In this document: piece after piece, positions 42,227-52,603 of the stretch
Numbering within the stretch: position 1 is the stretch's first letter
Layout: every line of letters begins with the position of its first letter
NCBI GenBank assembly: GCA_013166775.1
Contig: JABLTJ010000005.1
Coordinates: 67,993 to 131,992 of the forward strand
Direction of reading: 5' to 3'
Source of the DNA: Promethearchaeati archaeon
Lineage (GTDB): Archaea; Asgardarchaeota; Heimdallarchaeia; Heimdallarchaeales; Heimdallarchaeaceae
DNA: 64,000 bases
The notes under the pieces: generated by a model
Databases searched by the model: none
Told to the model about the DNA's origin: nothing
The model's input: the letters and a program-made list of their open reading frames with translations, nothing else
Position numbers and translations under genes: made by a program

Positions 42227-43336
42227 ATGAGACGAATCACAAGGTGGCACGGAAATAAAATCACAGCAAAACCATCAGCGGGATGTAAACTCTGTGCATT
42301 AGGTGCAAAACTAGTTTTATTTATTACTGGTGATTGTGATTCTAATTGTTTTTATTGCCCAGTTGCAAAAGAACGAAGAAAAGATATAATTTTTGCAAAT
42401 GAGCAAGAGATTAAATCTCCAATTGAAGTTATTCAAGAGGCTAAGATGATTTTTGCCAAAGGTGCGGGAATTACAGGTGGCGATCCTGCGATTACACTTA
42501 AACGAGTTATTGAGTACCTTAGTGTTTTAAAACAAGAATTTGGAGAAAACTTTCATTGCCATCTTTACACTTCTTATTCATTAACAAAGAAACAACTTGA
42601 TGAATTGATAACAGCTGGTTTGGATGAAATCAGATTCCATCCACCAAGATTGAATCTTACAAATGAAATGAAAAAATCTATAGAAGAATCAAGAAAATTG
42701 GAATGGATTACAGGCATTGAGATACCAGTTATCCCTGATAAAGAACAATCTATTATTGAAATTATCGATTTTGCTGTTGATAATAATTTGCATTTCATAA
42801 ATCTCAACGAGTTCGAAATAACAGAAGCTAATTTTGAAATCTTGAACAAGATGAATTATGAATCAAAGGGAGCTGCAAGTGCTGCTGTAATGGGTAGTGA
42901 AGAACTTGCTTACAAAGTACTCAAACGTTATAAAAAATCTCCAATTGCTATTCATTACTGTACTTCACAGTATAAGGATAAAGTTCAATTGCGAAATCGT
43001 TTAATCAGAAGAGCAAAGAATTATTCCAAACCTTTCGATACTATTCTGAATGATGGTTTAATTGCTAGGTCAAGAATCAAAACTAAATCTGTACAGGATT
43101 TACATAAACTACAAAAATCAATTATAGAGGATTTTGAGGTCGATAATCATATGATTGAGATAGATGCAAAGAATTGTTATCTATTTACAAGTTGGCAAAT
43201 TGTTAACACACTACAAGATAGTTTTTTGGAATATTTCAAAGAAGAAATTGTAAGTATTGAGATAATTCATCAATATCCATATGATGGTGGATTTATTACC
43301 TATCTTGAACCTTTATTTGAAAAAGACAAAATTTAA
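42227..43336 (+). CDS. Radical SAM protein (archaeal COG2108-like)
   Basis: GCKLC..G.KLVLFITGDCDSNCFYCP, GITGGDP, LDEIRFHP. Confidence 0.88.
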   Translation: MRRITRWHGNKITAKPSAGCKLCALGAKLVLFITGDCDSNCFYCPVAKERRKDIIFANEQEIKSPIEVIQEAKMIFAKGAGITGGDPAITLKRVIEYLSVLKQEFGENFHCHLYTSYSLTKKQLDELITAGLDEIRFHPPRLNLTNEMKKSIEESRKLEWITGIEIPVIPDKEQSIIEIIDFAVDNNLHFINLNEFEITEANFEILNKMNYESKGAASAAVMGSEELAYKVLKRYKKSPIAIHYCTSQYKDKVQLRNRLIRRAKNYSKPFDTILNDGLIARSRIKTKSVQDLHKLQKSIIEDFEVDNHMIEIDAKNCYLFTSWQIVNTLQDSFLEYFKEEIVSIEIIHQYPYDGGFITYLEPLFEKDKI

Positions 43337-44421
43337 ACAGGGAGAGGAAATCTCAATAGAGCAGCTATCCCGCCTAATTTAGACAGTTGCTCTCCAGACT
43401 CATGATTTACAGACATAATGACAGTTGATCCCCTTAATTTTGAATTTTCTTCAACTATCTCATCGATACTCATTCTCTTTGAGATATCATCAATTTGAAG
43501 CTGATCATCACTTATGAGAAGAGTTTCTATGGCACCTAGAGAAAGTGCTCGTTTAACGCTTTGTAATCCATAAGTAACTGTCCCCGTATCTTGCCCGATT
43601 CTTTTAAAGACTTCTTCAAGCAATCTTGTCTCATAAGCGACTCTTTGGTTTTTAGCTATTTGCTCAGGAAGTTTTTTCGAAAGCACTTCCTTTAATCCAA
43701 CTCTTCCACCTGTACTTACATGTACTCTTCTGGTTTTATCTGCAATAGTTGAATCTCTGTTCTTAATGAACTCATAGAAATTTTCAGGAGTAAACCCAGG
43801 ACCGGCAAGTATAATCACTTGAGGAACATACTGTTTATTTGTATCCTGCATAATTTGCAAAACTTCATTGAAAAATTGCCCCATCTCACTTGAGTGTTGC
43901 TTAGTATCACTAAACTTACGGGTAACAGAAAAAGAAGATTCAGTTATAATCTTAACAGAGAATTGAGTTACAAGAGCTATACATGCAGTGTTATCCTCTA
44001 CAGTAACAATCAGAATTTGTGCTAGCATTGATGATTTTTCAACTTCTTCTAGAACCTTTCTCTCCATTGGCGTCCAATTATCTTTTGAAATCTGCACTTT
44101 TTCCATAAGTGATAACGAAAGAGTATGATACGTGCCTATAGAAACAAGATTTTCAGGACCACTAAGAATTTTTCCTTTTAATCTTAGATTGTCACCAAAA
44201 CCATGAAAAGCGAACTCCTCTAATTCGATCTCAAGGGTCATTTTGACACGCTCTCCAGAATCAGCACGCCCTTCATCTTCCTTTCTTCTAATTCTTCTAG
44301 AGGTGGAAGCTTTTACTTTGTTACCCATCTTAAGAATTCTATAAATGGCATACAAATCATCAACTGTATCTGGAATCAATTCAACAATACCATGCTTATA
44401 GTCCTTCTTAGTAATTTTCAT
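43333..44421 (-). CDS. pelA: mRNA surveillance protein Pelota
   Basis: P.T.DDL, YHT, AGPGF, TYG, GA..TLLISD, LGGIAALLRF. Confidence 0.93.
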   Translation of the reverse strand: MKITKKDYKHGIVELIPDTVDDLYAIYRILKMGNKVKASTSRRIRRKEDEGRADSGERVKMTLEIELEEFAFHGFGDNLRLKGKILSGPENLVSIGTYHTLSLSLMEKVQISKDNWTPMERKVLEEVEKSSMLAQILIVTVEDNTACIALVTQFSVKIITESSFSVTRKFSDTKQHSSEMGQFFNEVLQIMQDTNKQYVPQVIILAGPGFTPENFYEFIKNRDSTIADKTRRVHVSTGGRVGLKEVLSKKLPEQIAKNQRVAYETRLLEEVFKRIGQDTGTVTYGLQSVKRALSLGAIETLLISDDQLQIDDISKRMSIDEIVEENSKLRGSTVIMSVNHESGEQLSKLGGIAALLRFPLPV

Positions 44422-44485
44422 TGAATCTCAGCTCTCATGTTTGCAACGTAATGCTAGTTTTATTCAGAATGTTCTCCTTATACTT

Positions 44486-44902
44486 TTATGGATTTATGAG
44501 TGTTGTATAATCTATGCCCTTAATTTTTAAATTATCAATACTTATTCGATAGCTTTCACCCTTGCTTTCAGTTAACGAATCAGGTACTGATAAGAAAAGA
44601 AAATCCATTCTTTTTCCAACAAATTTAACAGCTAGATAAGGTCTTCCTCCAATTCTGTTTGCAAATTCAATTAATCCATCTATCTGTTCTTTTTGCACAT
44701 AAAATACATCTTGGCGACTTGTTTTAATTTCCAATGCTAATAGTAAATTTCTTTCTGCTGATCCAGCAAAAACATCAGGTCGAGGCATTTTGCTTGTACC
44801 AGAAGAAGAGGGTGCTCTCATTACAGCAAATCCACTCTCCCAAAAACGATTCACTAATACTCTTTCATAATCTGCAGCTCTCTTCTTACTCACTTTTACC
44901 AA
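44486..44902 (-). CDS. hjc: Holliday junction resolvase Hjc
   Basis: YER.L...GFAVMRAPSS..PDV...EIK. Confidence 0.92.
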   Translation of the reverse strand: MVKVSKKRAADYERVLVNRFWESGFAVMRAPSSSGTSKMPRPDVFAGSAERNLLLALEIKTSRQDVFYVQKEQIDGLIEFANRIGGRPYLAVKFVGKRMDFLFLSVPDSLTESKGESYRISIDNLKIKGIDYTTLINP

Positions 44903-45017
44903 CCTTATGTTCTATCTATGTTAATTCAATAAACTACTGTATAAAAATACTTTATGTCAAGAAGGTTCAACCAGAAAAAATAAAAGTGAAATTAGTGGAA
45001 AAATTTTAAACTGGAAT

Positions 45018-45542
45018 TTGTTCTCGAAGCATAATTCAAAAATAATGCAAAATTTACAGTTCCAAAAGCCAGTGACAGTCATGGAAAATTCAAACCTCCT
45101 GATAAGACATATGAGAGAGGAAGACATACCAAAAGTCTATGAAGTAGAGAGAAAGAGTTTTCCTTTTCCATTTGGTGAGGTTCTTATTGGCAATATCTTC
45201 TATGCAGCACCAGAGCTGTGTTTTATCATTGAACGTGATAAGAAGATAATCGGATTTCTAATGGCGGGGTATACACCTATACCAAAGCGAGTTCATATAT
45301 TATCTATCGCAGTTTTAGAAGAATCTAGAGGGCAAGGATTGGGACGCAAAATATTAACTTACTTCTTGAATTCAATTAGAAAATTAGGATATTTAAGTGT
45401 CAAACTAGAAGTTAATATTGATAATAATAAAGCGATTAAACTTTATGAAGAATTTAATTTTAAAATTGAATCAAAGATAAGAAAATACTATCAAGATGGA
45501 TCAGATGCTTATCTTATGATTAGAGTAGAAAATGAGAAATGA
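45018..45542 (+). CDS. RimI/Ard1-like N-acetyltransferase
   Basis: HILSIAV..RGQGLG, LEV..N..A..LY, YYQDGSDAYLM; start likely at 45081. Confidence 0.88.
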   Translation: MFSKHNSKIMQNLQFQKPVTVMENSNLLIRHMREEDIPKVYEVERKSFPFPFGEVLIGNIFYAAPELCFIIERDKKIIGFLMAGYTPIPKRVHILSIAVLEESRGQGLGRKILTYFLNSIRKLGYLSVKLEVNIDNNKAIKLYEEFNFKIESKIRKYYQDGSDAYLMIRVENEK

Positions 45543-45586
45543 ATTCCTAGCAAAGCTTTGCTTGGTAATAACTTTCCAATGAAGTT

Positions 45587-47029
45587 TTATATACTTTCTA
45601 TTTCCGTTTCCTCTATCCCCATTATTTGCTTGTGAATACTCTTTGCTGCTACTTTTCCTGCTCCCATTGCTGCTATTACTGTAGCTGCCCCTGTAGCAAT
45701 ATCTCCACCAGCATAAACGCGTTCTTTGCTTGTTTTTCCTGTAATTCTGTCAGTAACTATAGTACCCCATTTTGAGATTTCTAGATCTGGGGTGGTTCTT
45801 GGTATTATAGGATTTGGATCATTACCAACAGAGATAACTACAACATCACATTCTATCAAATGCTCTGAACCTGGGATAGGTATTGGTTTAGCGCGACCTG
45901 TTTCATCAGGTTCTCCAAGTTCAAATTGTAAACACTCAACTGCTCTCACTGCACCGAGCTCATCGCCAATGATTCTTACAGGATTTGTCAAGAATCTGAA
46001 TTCTATCTCTTCTTCCTCTGCATGATGAACCTCCTCCACCCTTGCTGGGCATTCCTTTCGACTTCGACGATATACAATTATTGAATGATCAGCTCCTAAA
46101 CGTTTGGCAGTCCTAGCAGAATCCATTGCTACATTTCCTGCTCCAATAACAACTACATTCTTTCCTCTTTTCACAGGTGTTTTGTATTCAGGAAACAGAT
46201 ATCCTTTCAGTAAATTAACTCTTGTTAAATATTCATTAGCACTATAAACATTAACAAGATTTATACCAGGGATATTAAGTAATCGAGGTGCTCCAGCTCC
46301 AGATCCAACAAAGACTGCGTCATATTCATCGAGTAATTCGTCAACTGTTTTGTTTTTTCCTACAAGAAAATTAAGTTTTACCTCAACACCAAGTTGTATC
46401 AAATAATCAATTTCATACTTGACCATATCCTTGGGAAGTCGAAATTCTGGAATTCCATAAACAAGAACTCCTCCTGGTTTATGTAAAGCTTCGAAAATTG
46501 TTACTTTATGACCGAGTAGCGCCAAATCTCCAGCGCATGTTAAACCGGCAGGACCTGCACCTACAACAGCTATTTTTTTTCCAGTTGATTTTGGAAGCTC
46601 TGGGATTTTTTCACCTTCTTCGCGTGCATAATCTGCTGCGAATCTTTCTAGATTACCTATTGCAACTGGTTGATAACGACGACCCATAACGCATTTGGCT
46701 TCACATTGTAGCTCCTGTGGACAGACACGTCCAGTGACTGCTGGAAGACTATTTTTTGCTTTAATAATTGATGCTGCTTCCATGAATTTTCCTTCACGAA
46801 TTAAAGCGATGAAGTCTCTTATTGGAACTTCTACTGGGCAACCACTTACACAAGGCTGATTCTTGCATTGCAAACATCGTTGAGCTTCTAACATAGCCTC
46901 AGCTTCGTTATAACCATACGGTACTTCCGAAAAATTATCTATCCTATCTTCAGGATTTTGAGTGGGCATAGGTAATTTTGTTCTGATGATTCGAGGGCGT
47001 GGTTTTCTCTCAGTTGTCAGTTTTATCAC
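45587..47029 (-). CDS. nfnB: Electron-bifurcating transhydrogenase large subunit NfnB (SudA/GltD-like)
   Basis: RCLQC...C..GCP, GRVCPQE, GAGPAG, YGIPEFRLP, GAGNVAMD. Confidence 0.9.
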   Translation of the reverse strand: MIKLTTERKPRPRIIRTKLPMPTQNPEDRIDNFSEVPYGYNEAEAMLEAQRCLQCKNQPCVSGCPVEVPIRDFIALIREGKFMEAASIIKAKNSLPAVTGRVCPQELQCEAKCVMGRRYQPVAIGNLERFAADYAREEGEKIPELPKSTGKKIAVVGAGPAGLTCAGDLALLGHKVTIFEALHKPGGVLVYGIPEFRLPKDMVKYEIDYLIQLGVEVKLNFLVGKNKTVDELLDEYDAVFVGSGAGAPRLLNIPGINLVNVYSANEYLTRVNLLKGYLFPEYKTPVKRGKNVVVIGAGNVAMDSARTAKRLGADHSIIVYRRSRKECPARVEEVHHAEEEEIEFRFLTNPVRIIGDELGAVRAVECLQFELGEPDETGRAKPIPIPGSEHLIECDVVVISVGNDPNPIIPRTTPDLEISKWGTIVTDRITGKTSKERVYAGGDIATGAATVIAAMGAGKVAAKSIHKQIMGIEETEIESI

Positions 47030-47879
47030 CCTTCATTTTTTCTGCTTGACATTCCTTCTCTTTTTTGTAGAGAGTCATAGCTTCTCGTTCTTCATCTTTG
47101 TATGCAGCTAACCTTGCCATGGTTTCTTCCCACTCAATTTGATGAGCATCAAAATCTGGACCATCAACACAAGCGAATTTTGTTTCTCCCCCAACTGTCA
47201 ACCTGCAAGCTCCACACATTCCGGTTCCATCTAACATTATTGTGTTCAAGCTTGCTATTGTTTTAATATTGTAAGGTTCTGTAACTTTAGCAACGAACTT
47301 CATCATTATTGGTGGTCCAACACAAAAAACTGTATCAATTTGTTTTCCACTATCAATCATCTCTTGTAATTGTTCTGTAACAAAACCTTTTCTTCCTGCT
47401 GAGCCATCATCTGTACAGATATAAAGCTCATCTGTAAAATCCTTTATTTCTTCTTCATTGAATACTAGTTCTGCTTTTCTTGCTCCAATTATAACTTCTG
47501 TATGATTTCCCGCTTGTTTGTATGCTCTTGCTACTGGTGTTGCTATAGCTATTCCCAACCCTCCACCAATAACTATAGTATTACCTGCATTTTCGGTATG
47601 TGTTGGTATTCCTAATGGACCTACACAATCTTGCAAACTTTCCCCTTTTTGATATTCTGCTAACTCATAGGTACTTGCTCCTACCTTCTGAAAAATAACA
47701 CTTATCCACCCTTCTTTATGATCCCAATCAGCTATTGTAAGTGGTATTCTTTCCCCTTTTTCGTTCGAGCGAAGTATAACAAACTGACCAGCTTTACATG
47801 TTTTTGCTATCTCAGGGGCTTTTATCTTGAACCATACACTCTCAGGAGTTACATCCTTTCTATCAATCAAGGCATACAT
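47010..47879 (-). CDS. nfnA: Transhydrogenase small subunit NfnA (SudB)
   Basis: GERIPLTIAD, DGTGMCGACR, CVDGPDF. Confidence 0.9.
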   Translation of the reverse strand: MYALIDRKDVTPESVWFKIKAPEIAKTCKAGQFVILRSNEKGERIPLTIADWDHKEGWISVIFQKVGASTYELAEYQKGESLQDCVGPLGIPTHTENAGNTIVIGGGLGIAIATPVARAYKQAGNHTEVIIGARKAELVFNEEEIKDFTDELYICTDDGSAGRKGFVTEQLQEMIDSGKQIDTVFCVGPPIMMKFVAKVTEPYNIKTIASLNTIMLDGTGMCGACRLTVGGETKFACVDGPDFDAHQIEWEETMARLAAYKDEEREAMTLYKKEKECQAEKMKGDKTDN

Positions 47880-48004
47880 TAGTCAGTCACTTTATGAATT
47901 TCTATCAAATTAATGAACATAAATTTTAATAGATGTGGCTTCTAAAATTTTTCTTATTTTAATTATTCTCTATATACATTTTTCAAAACAAGAAAATTCA
48001 TTTG

Positions 48005-49291
48005 TTATCCCATTAATTCTCTTAAGAACTCTGTAGCATATGAACCTTTTTGAATTTTGAAGCTCATATTCATTCTGGTTCTCCCCTCATTCAATTCATC
48101 CTTACAAATTTCCATAATTCTGATATCTTCTGGATCAAAACTGATTGATCTAAAAGATCCCCTTCCACCTATTTTTTTAATGAAAGGTTTTTGGAATTCA
48201 TGCAATGATAATTCTTCTTCTACTAATATTGATTGATAAATTTCTCCCATATCACCCTCTAGTTTAGTATTAGCCCCTACAAGAGGAACAAATACAGCAT
48301 TATTCTTTACAATCTCTCCAGATATGGGCTCAGTTATCTTCTTGCTATACAAATTATAGCGAGTTTTCAAGTATCTATTGAAGAGAAATGATTGATAAGC
48401 ATGGATGAATAATTTTTGAAGCTGAAAAGGAAGCGAAGATAAAGCTTGCATATAATTTTGTTTCCTTTTCCTTAGAGAAAATAGTAGCTTTCTTTCTATT
48501 CTCAAGTATGATGGAAATAGATCAAGAGCTTTTTCAACATCCTCATTTTCCCAGAAAGAATTTCTAGCTTCTATAATGTTTTCAGCCTCTCTATCGAAAA
48601 CTTTACCCACATAGATTCTTATTGCTTCTTTTATGTTACCTTCCAGAAGCTTCTTTCCTACTAAATGCGTTATCGGTCTAATCTCTCCAAATCTCTGTAT
48701 CCCATATGAATTTTGAATCCCACCAATTTCCTTGATTTCCTTTAGAATTGAATTTATTTTCTCTCTTACTTCTTCTTTGGGAAGATGAATGTCTCGAAGA
48801 GTAACATCAAAGAAGTTTCCCCAAAGCCCGCCAAGTCTGATTTCTTTTAATCTTAAAGAAAGCGATTTTGTCTTAATGGTTGGCAAATCAATCTCTTTAA
48901 TTATACCTTTTTCAAAAGAATCTTTTAATCCCCATACAGATACTCGTTGAGCAGTAAATGCTCTTTTATCTTTTAGTCCCGCAACATTGATGTTGTCTCT
49001 TTGTATTTTCCATAATCTTGAAACCCAATCTAAAGCGTTTGATGTATCAAGATTTCTTTTGATTAAGACAAAGTGAAGGAATAATCCTGTTCGTCCTGGT
49101 AAATTAAATTGCTCTTTTCGAGGATCTAAGACTTGTTGGTTCTCTATAATTTCACCTACAATGAAATCTTCTGGTTTTTGTTTAATCTTCCCCCCTATCC
49201 CTTCTGAATTAATAATATTTGGTGCTTGTAAGTGAAGGAAATTTGATGTCACACTACTCCCACCAATTATAATAAGGGTAAATCTGAACAA
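48005..49291 (-). CDS. truD: tRNA pseudouridine(13) synthase TruD/Pus7
   Basis: PEDFIV.E, AGLKDKRA.T.Q, GN.F, YG.QRFG, HAYQS.LFN, GSYAT..LRE. Confidence 0.93.
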   Translation of the reverse strand: MFRFTLIIIGGSSVTSNFLHLQAPNIINSEGIGGKIKQKPEDFIVGEIIENQQVLDPRKEQFNLPGRTGLFLHFVLIKRNLDTSNALDWVSRLWKIQRDNINVAGLKDKRAFTAQRVSVWGLKDSFEKGIIKEIDLPTIKTKSLSLRLKEIRLGGLWGNFFDVTLRDIHLPKEEVREKINSILKEIKEIGGIQNSYGIQRFGEIRPITHLVGKKLLEGNIKEAIRIYVGKVFDREAENIIEARNSFWENEDVEKALDLFPSYLRIERKLLFSLRKRKQNYMQALSSLPFQLQKLFIHAYQSFLFNRYLKTRYNLYSKKITEPISGEIVKNNAVFVPLVGANTKLEGDMGEIYQSILVEEELSLHEFQKPFIKKIGGRGSFRSISFDPEDIRIMEICKDELNEGRTRMNMSFKIQKGSYATEFLRELMG

Positions 49292-49638
49292 AATTTATCA
49301 ATAAGCTCTTCTCGTGAAGGTCCAATTCCTACAACTGTAATCGTACCTGGTTGAAGTTGTGTTAGACCAGCATCATTGATAATAGCAAAAGGGATGTCGT
49401 TTTTTCTAGCTAGTTCTGCTAATTCCTGAATCTCTTCTTCTGATTTTACTTTCACAGTGATCTTTTTCTGACCTTCTTTCAACCAGTTATCAGCCCAATC
49501 TGGGTAGTATTTTTTTGTTTTTATATAAGAAGAAAGGGAACCATGTGCAACTTGAACTGCAGTTTTTCCTTTAGACATCTTCAGATCGGTTCTAACTGCA
49601 ATGATCTGTTTATATTTAAAACTCATACAAAAATCCAT
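49267..49638 (-). CDS. pth2: Peptidyl-tRNA hydrolase Pth2
   Basis: RTDLKMSKGK.A.Q.AH, GQKKI, DAGLTQ..PGT.T..GIGP. Confidence 0.95.
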   Translation of the reverse strand: MDFCMSFKYKQIIAVRTDLKMSKGKTAVQVAHGSLSSYIKTKKYYPDWADNWLKEGQKKITVKVKSEEEIQELAELARKNDIPFAIINDAGLTQLQPGTITVVGIGPSREELIDKFCSDLPLL

Positions 49639-49761
49639 ATACTCTTTGATATAAAATTATAACGATTACGTGTAATTTTGAAAGAAGTCTTGAGAGAATT
49701 ATTTTTCGTATTTCTTTGTGTTTGTTGTATTGTTTATAAATTAATAACTCTCTCTTTTTCG

Positions 49762-50265
49762 TTAAAGATATTCAACATAGGCTTCTGTCTCTAGTACCGA
49801 TGATACTGTTTGAACTATCACTTCTTCAGGGATGGGTAATTCGTTTTTGTATTTCTTATCGATTTCAATTTTGTATTCTTTCTCACTAAAAGGAGGTAGG
49901 TACAGTGTTGAAACATTTACTACAGGTATTGGGTGTAAGAGACTTTCTACAAGTTTTTTCGGATCATTTGTGCGCTCCAAAAAACGAATCTTTTTATGTA
50001 CGTTCTGCTCTATTTTCTTCAGAATTTCAGGATTTTTAAGTAAAGGAACATCTTGCTTTCTTATAACTATGATAACAACATCTTCAAGTTCAAAAGATGA
50101 ATAAAAAGCAATATCTTTCAGATTCTTGTTTCCTTTTGAAAGATCCAATAAGATTTTGGATAGTTCGATATCTATGTCGTTGATTTTCCCTTCACGATAA
50201 AGTTGCTTGCATTTTCTGCATAATGTATTTGTTTGAGCATCGATTAAGCAAATAGGAAGTTTCAA
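49762..50265 (-). CDS. NusA-like KH protein (archaeal)
   Basis: MKLPIC..D....LC..C N-terminus. Confidence 0.7.
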   Translation of the reverse strand: MKLPICLIDAQTNTLCRKCKQLYREGKINDIDIELSKILLDLSKGNKNLKDIAFYSSFELEDVVIIVIRKQDVPLLKNPEILKKIEQNVHKKIRFLERTNDPKKLVESLLHPIPVVNVSTLYLPPFSEKEYKIEIDKKYKNELPIPEEVIVQTVSSVLETEAYVEYL

Positions 50266-50387
50266 CTACCTATCACCACTTTTCAATTATATTATAAGCT
50301 ATTGAAGTGGTGTTTTAAGAATTGTGAATAGTGAGGAAAATGAGAATTATTAGAAATCAACAAAAATAAGTTCGTTACAGAATCAAT

Positions 50388-51296
50388 TTATATTAGTCCC
50401 CTTTCCATAAGAACTTTGAATTCATCTAAAGTTAATTTATTTCCTTCTTTATACTTAGATAAAATTTCTTCAGCTTTAGCATCCATTTTTCGGTCAATAA
50501 CTCTCTTGGCCTCAACTTTTCTAGCTTTTCTTGCTGCTTGAATTTCTAGACCAAGTTCGTTAGATAATTTCTTTACTTCTCCTGTTAATCCATCAAGTTC
50601 TTTGCGGATAGCATTGATGGAAGAACTCATTGCAATTATCTCTGCGTGAATCTCATCTGCTTCTTCTTTGGTGCTTCTAGCTAGCTTTGAGGATGTTATC
50701 ATCTTTTCTTGATGTATTTGTGATTCTTGAGCCATTGTTGTAACGCTTGTATGATAGGTTTTGATTTCTGTTTGCATGTACCGAAGCTTATTTTGGATTT
50801 CTCTAAATTCACTTCGTAAATCTTTGAATTGTTCAATTCTCTCAAATTCAGAGCTTAGTTCTTCGAGTTGTTGAAGTGTAGATTTTTCCATTTCTTTTGT
50901 AAGAAATGGTGTTGTTTCTAATTGTCTTTCAAGTTTCCTGATTTTATCTCCCACTCTTTTATTTCGAGGAACACCTACATTTTTCATTTGTGAACCTAAT
51001 TCTACGAGACGTTTTCCAATTTTATCTGCATCTTCACGTAAAATGTCTCTCATCTGTTTTCGAACTTGTACCTCTTCATTGATTTGATCACGCCTTTCTT
51101 TAGAGGTTTTTGCTTCTTCAAAAAGAGTTTTAGCTTCCAGATTTTTTTTATCACGTACATTTCTTAACTCGTTTCTTTTATTATTGAGAGTATGTAATTT
51201 TGTTATCTGATCTTTACGTTTTAATCGTAAATTTGAAAGATGTTCTTTCTTTTCATCAATAGACATTTCCTTACTTTCGGTACTCATAGATTTCAC
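50388..51296 (-). CDS. Archaeal coiled-coil protein (COG1340-like)
   Basis: Long heptads; LE..LET..LT..E and C-terminal GNKLTLDE. Confidence 0.8.
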   Translation of the reverse strand: MKSMSTESKEMSIDEKKEHLSNLRLKRKDQITKLHTLNNKRNELRNVRDKKNLEAKTLFEEAKTSKERRDQINEEVQVRKQMRDILREDADKIGKRLVELGSQMKNVGVPRNKRVGDKIRKLERQLETTPFLTKEMEKSTLQQLEELSSEFERIEQFKDLRSEFREIQNKLRYMQTEIKTYHTSVTTMAQESQIHQEKMITSSKLARSTKEEADEIHAEIIAMSSSINAIRKELDGLTGEVKKLSNELGLEIQAARKARKVEAKRVIDRKMDAKAEEILSKYKEGNKLTLDEFKVLMERGLI

Positions 51297-51425
51297 ATTG
51301 GATTAGGATTAAGCGTTTCATTTACAATATTTATAAATCACAATTAAATAATTGAGAAAATAGAATACATTTAAATCTTATGTCAAGTAACTATTTGACA
51401 AATTAGCATAAAAGAAAAACTGTTC

Positions 51426-51584
51426 TTATTTCTTATTTGAACGTTTCATACGAAGTTCTTTAGATCTACACTTTCGGCACTTTTTTGCAGAAATTGGATT
51501 AGTTGCATAACATTTACGACAAACTTTTTTATCCATGGTATGAGCACGAGCAATTGCACGATATTCTGGGTTTGTTACTGGCAT
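51426..51584 (-). CDS. rpl40e: 50S ribosomal protein L40e
   Basis: KVCRKCYATNP..AKKCRKCRSKELR; start at MPVTNPE (51584) or 51593. Confidence 0.93.
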   Translation of the reverse strand: MPVTNPEYRAIARAHTMDKKVCRKCYATNPISAKKCRKCRSKELRMKRSNKK

Positions 51585-51684
51585 CAAATTCATCTCGTTT
51601 GTTCTACTTTCAGCAAAATTCAAATTAATAAAAGTTTTTCTATTGAGAGTAAAATAGTGATAGAAAACCTTTGAGTTAACAACT

Positions 51685-52131
51685 TCAAGTGAATCTATAT
51701 TGCATTTTTTCTCTCGCAAAATCAAGTAGTTCTTCAATCTTTTCCCAGTTTTTTTCACCCTTCGCCCTAATCAGTAGTTTAATTTCTTCTCTGTATTCCT
51801 TCAGATCTTTAATATCTGCAATTGATTCTTCTATTTCAGCTTTCAAAGATTCAATTTTGTTTGGTATTTTATCTAAAGCAATTTCTATTTTTGTTATTGA
51901 AGGATCTTCTCTTTCTTGAGCAAGAAGTAATTCTGTAATTTCAATATCAGATCTTTGGATTCTTTTATTCAGTGTATGTATCCTCTGAGTGATCATAACC
52001 ATCATCTCTTCTGCTCTAACTTGCAGGGGATGTTGATCCTTTTTACGCCTTTTGAGGACAATTATGAGAAAAATAACTATTAACAGAAGGGGGATTCCAA
52101 CACCAAGACCAATTTGTAATCCTAGACTCAT
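51685..52131 (-). CDS. Single-pass membrane-anchored coiled-coil protein
   Basis: N-terminal TM helix followed by KRRKK and heptads. Confidence 0.7.
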   Translation of the reverse strand: MSLGLQIGLGVGIPLLLIVIFLIIVLKRRKKDQHPLQVRAEEMMVMITQRIHTLNKRIQRSDIEITELLLAQEREDPSITKIEIALDKIPNKIESLKAEIEESIADIKDLKEYREEIKLLIRAKGEKNWEKIEELLDFAREKMQYRFT

Positions 52132-52405
52132 CGGGTTCTCTAGAATACATCATCAATTCGTGTTATTTAAACTTAAGCAAAATACCCGCGTGTTGAATTC
52201 TTATTTGGTTTGCCTATTTACAGTGAAACTAATAGTTACTAGACTAATTGTGGAATATGGGAAGTCTTTTAACATTAAGTGAAAATCGTTTCTTGAACTG
52301 AAGAAACAGTTCTCAAACAAAATTCAAAGTTAATTCAATATTAAAAATTTAACATAGATTAAAGTTACAAAAAGGAAATTGATGGATACTATTAATCCAA
52401 CAACC

Positions 52406-52453
52406 TATCACATTCATCACTATCACATATCACATATCACAAATCCAAATCAC
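52406..52453. repeat. Short tandem (T/A)ATCAC(A) repeats upstream of dnaG
   Basis: tatcaca ttcatcac tatcaca tatcaca tatcaca aatcca aatcac. Confidence 0.7.
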
Positions 52454-52603
52454 GTTTGAAGAAGTGTATTGTATGCAAATATGCATTTTGCAATAATAAT
52501 GCAACTGCAAAGTGGAGTAGAGTAGGGAATATTAATTATCCGTCTTTTTTCTAGTAAATTGAATACTGAATTACACAAAGCAACATACATAAAGGTGAAA
52601 TTT

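Noticed and set aside
45587-47029. Glutamate synthase small subunit
   Set aside because: Paired with an NfnA/SudB gene and no large subunit is present; better explained as NfnAB
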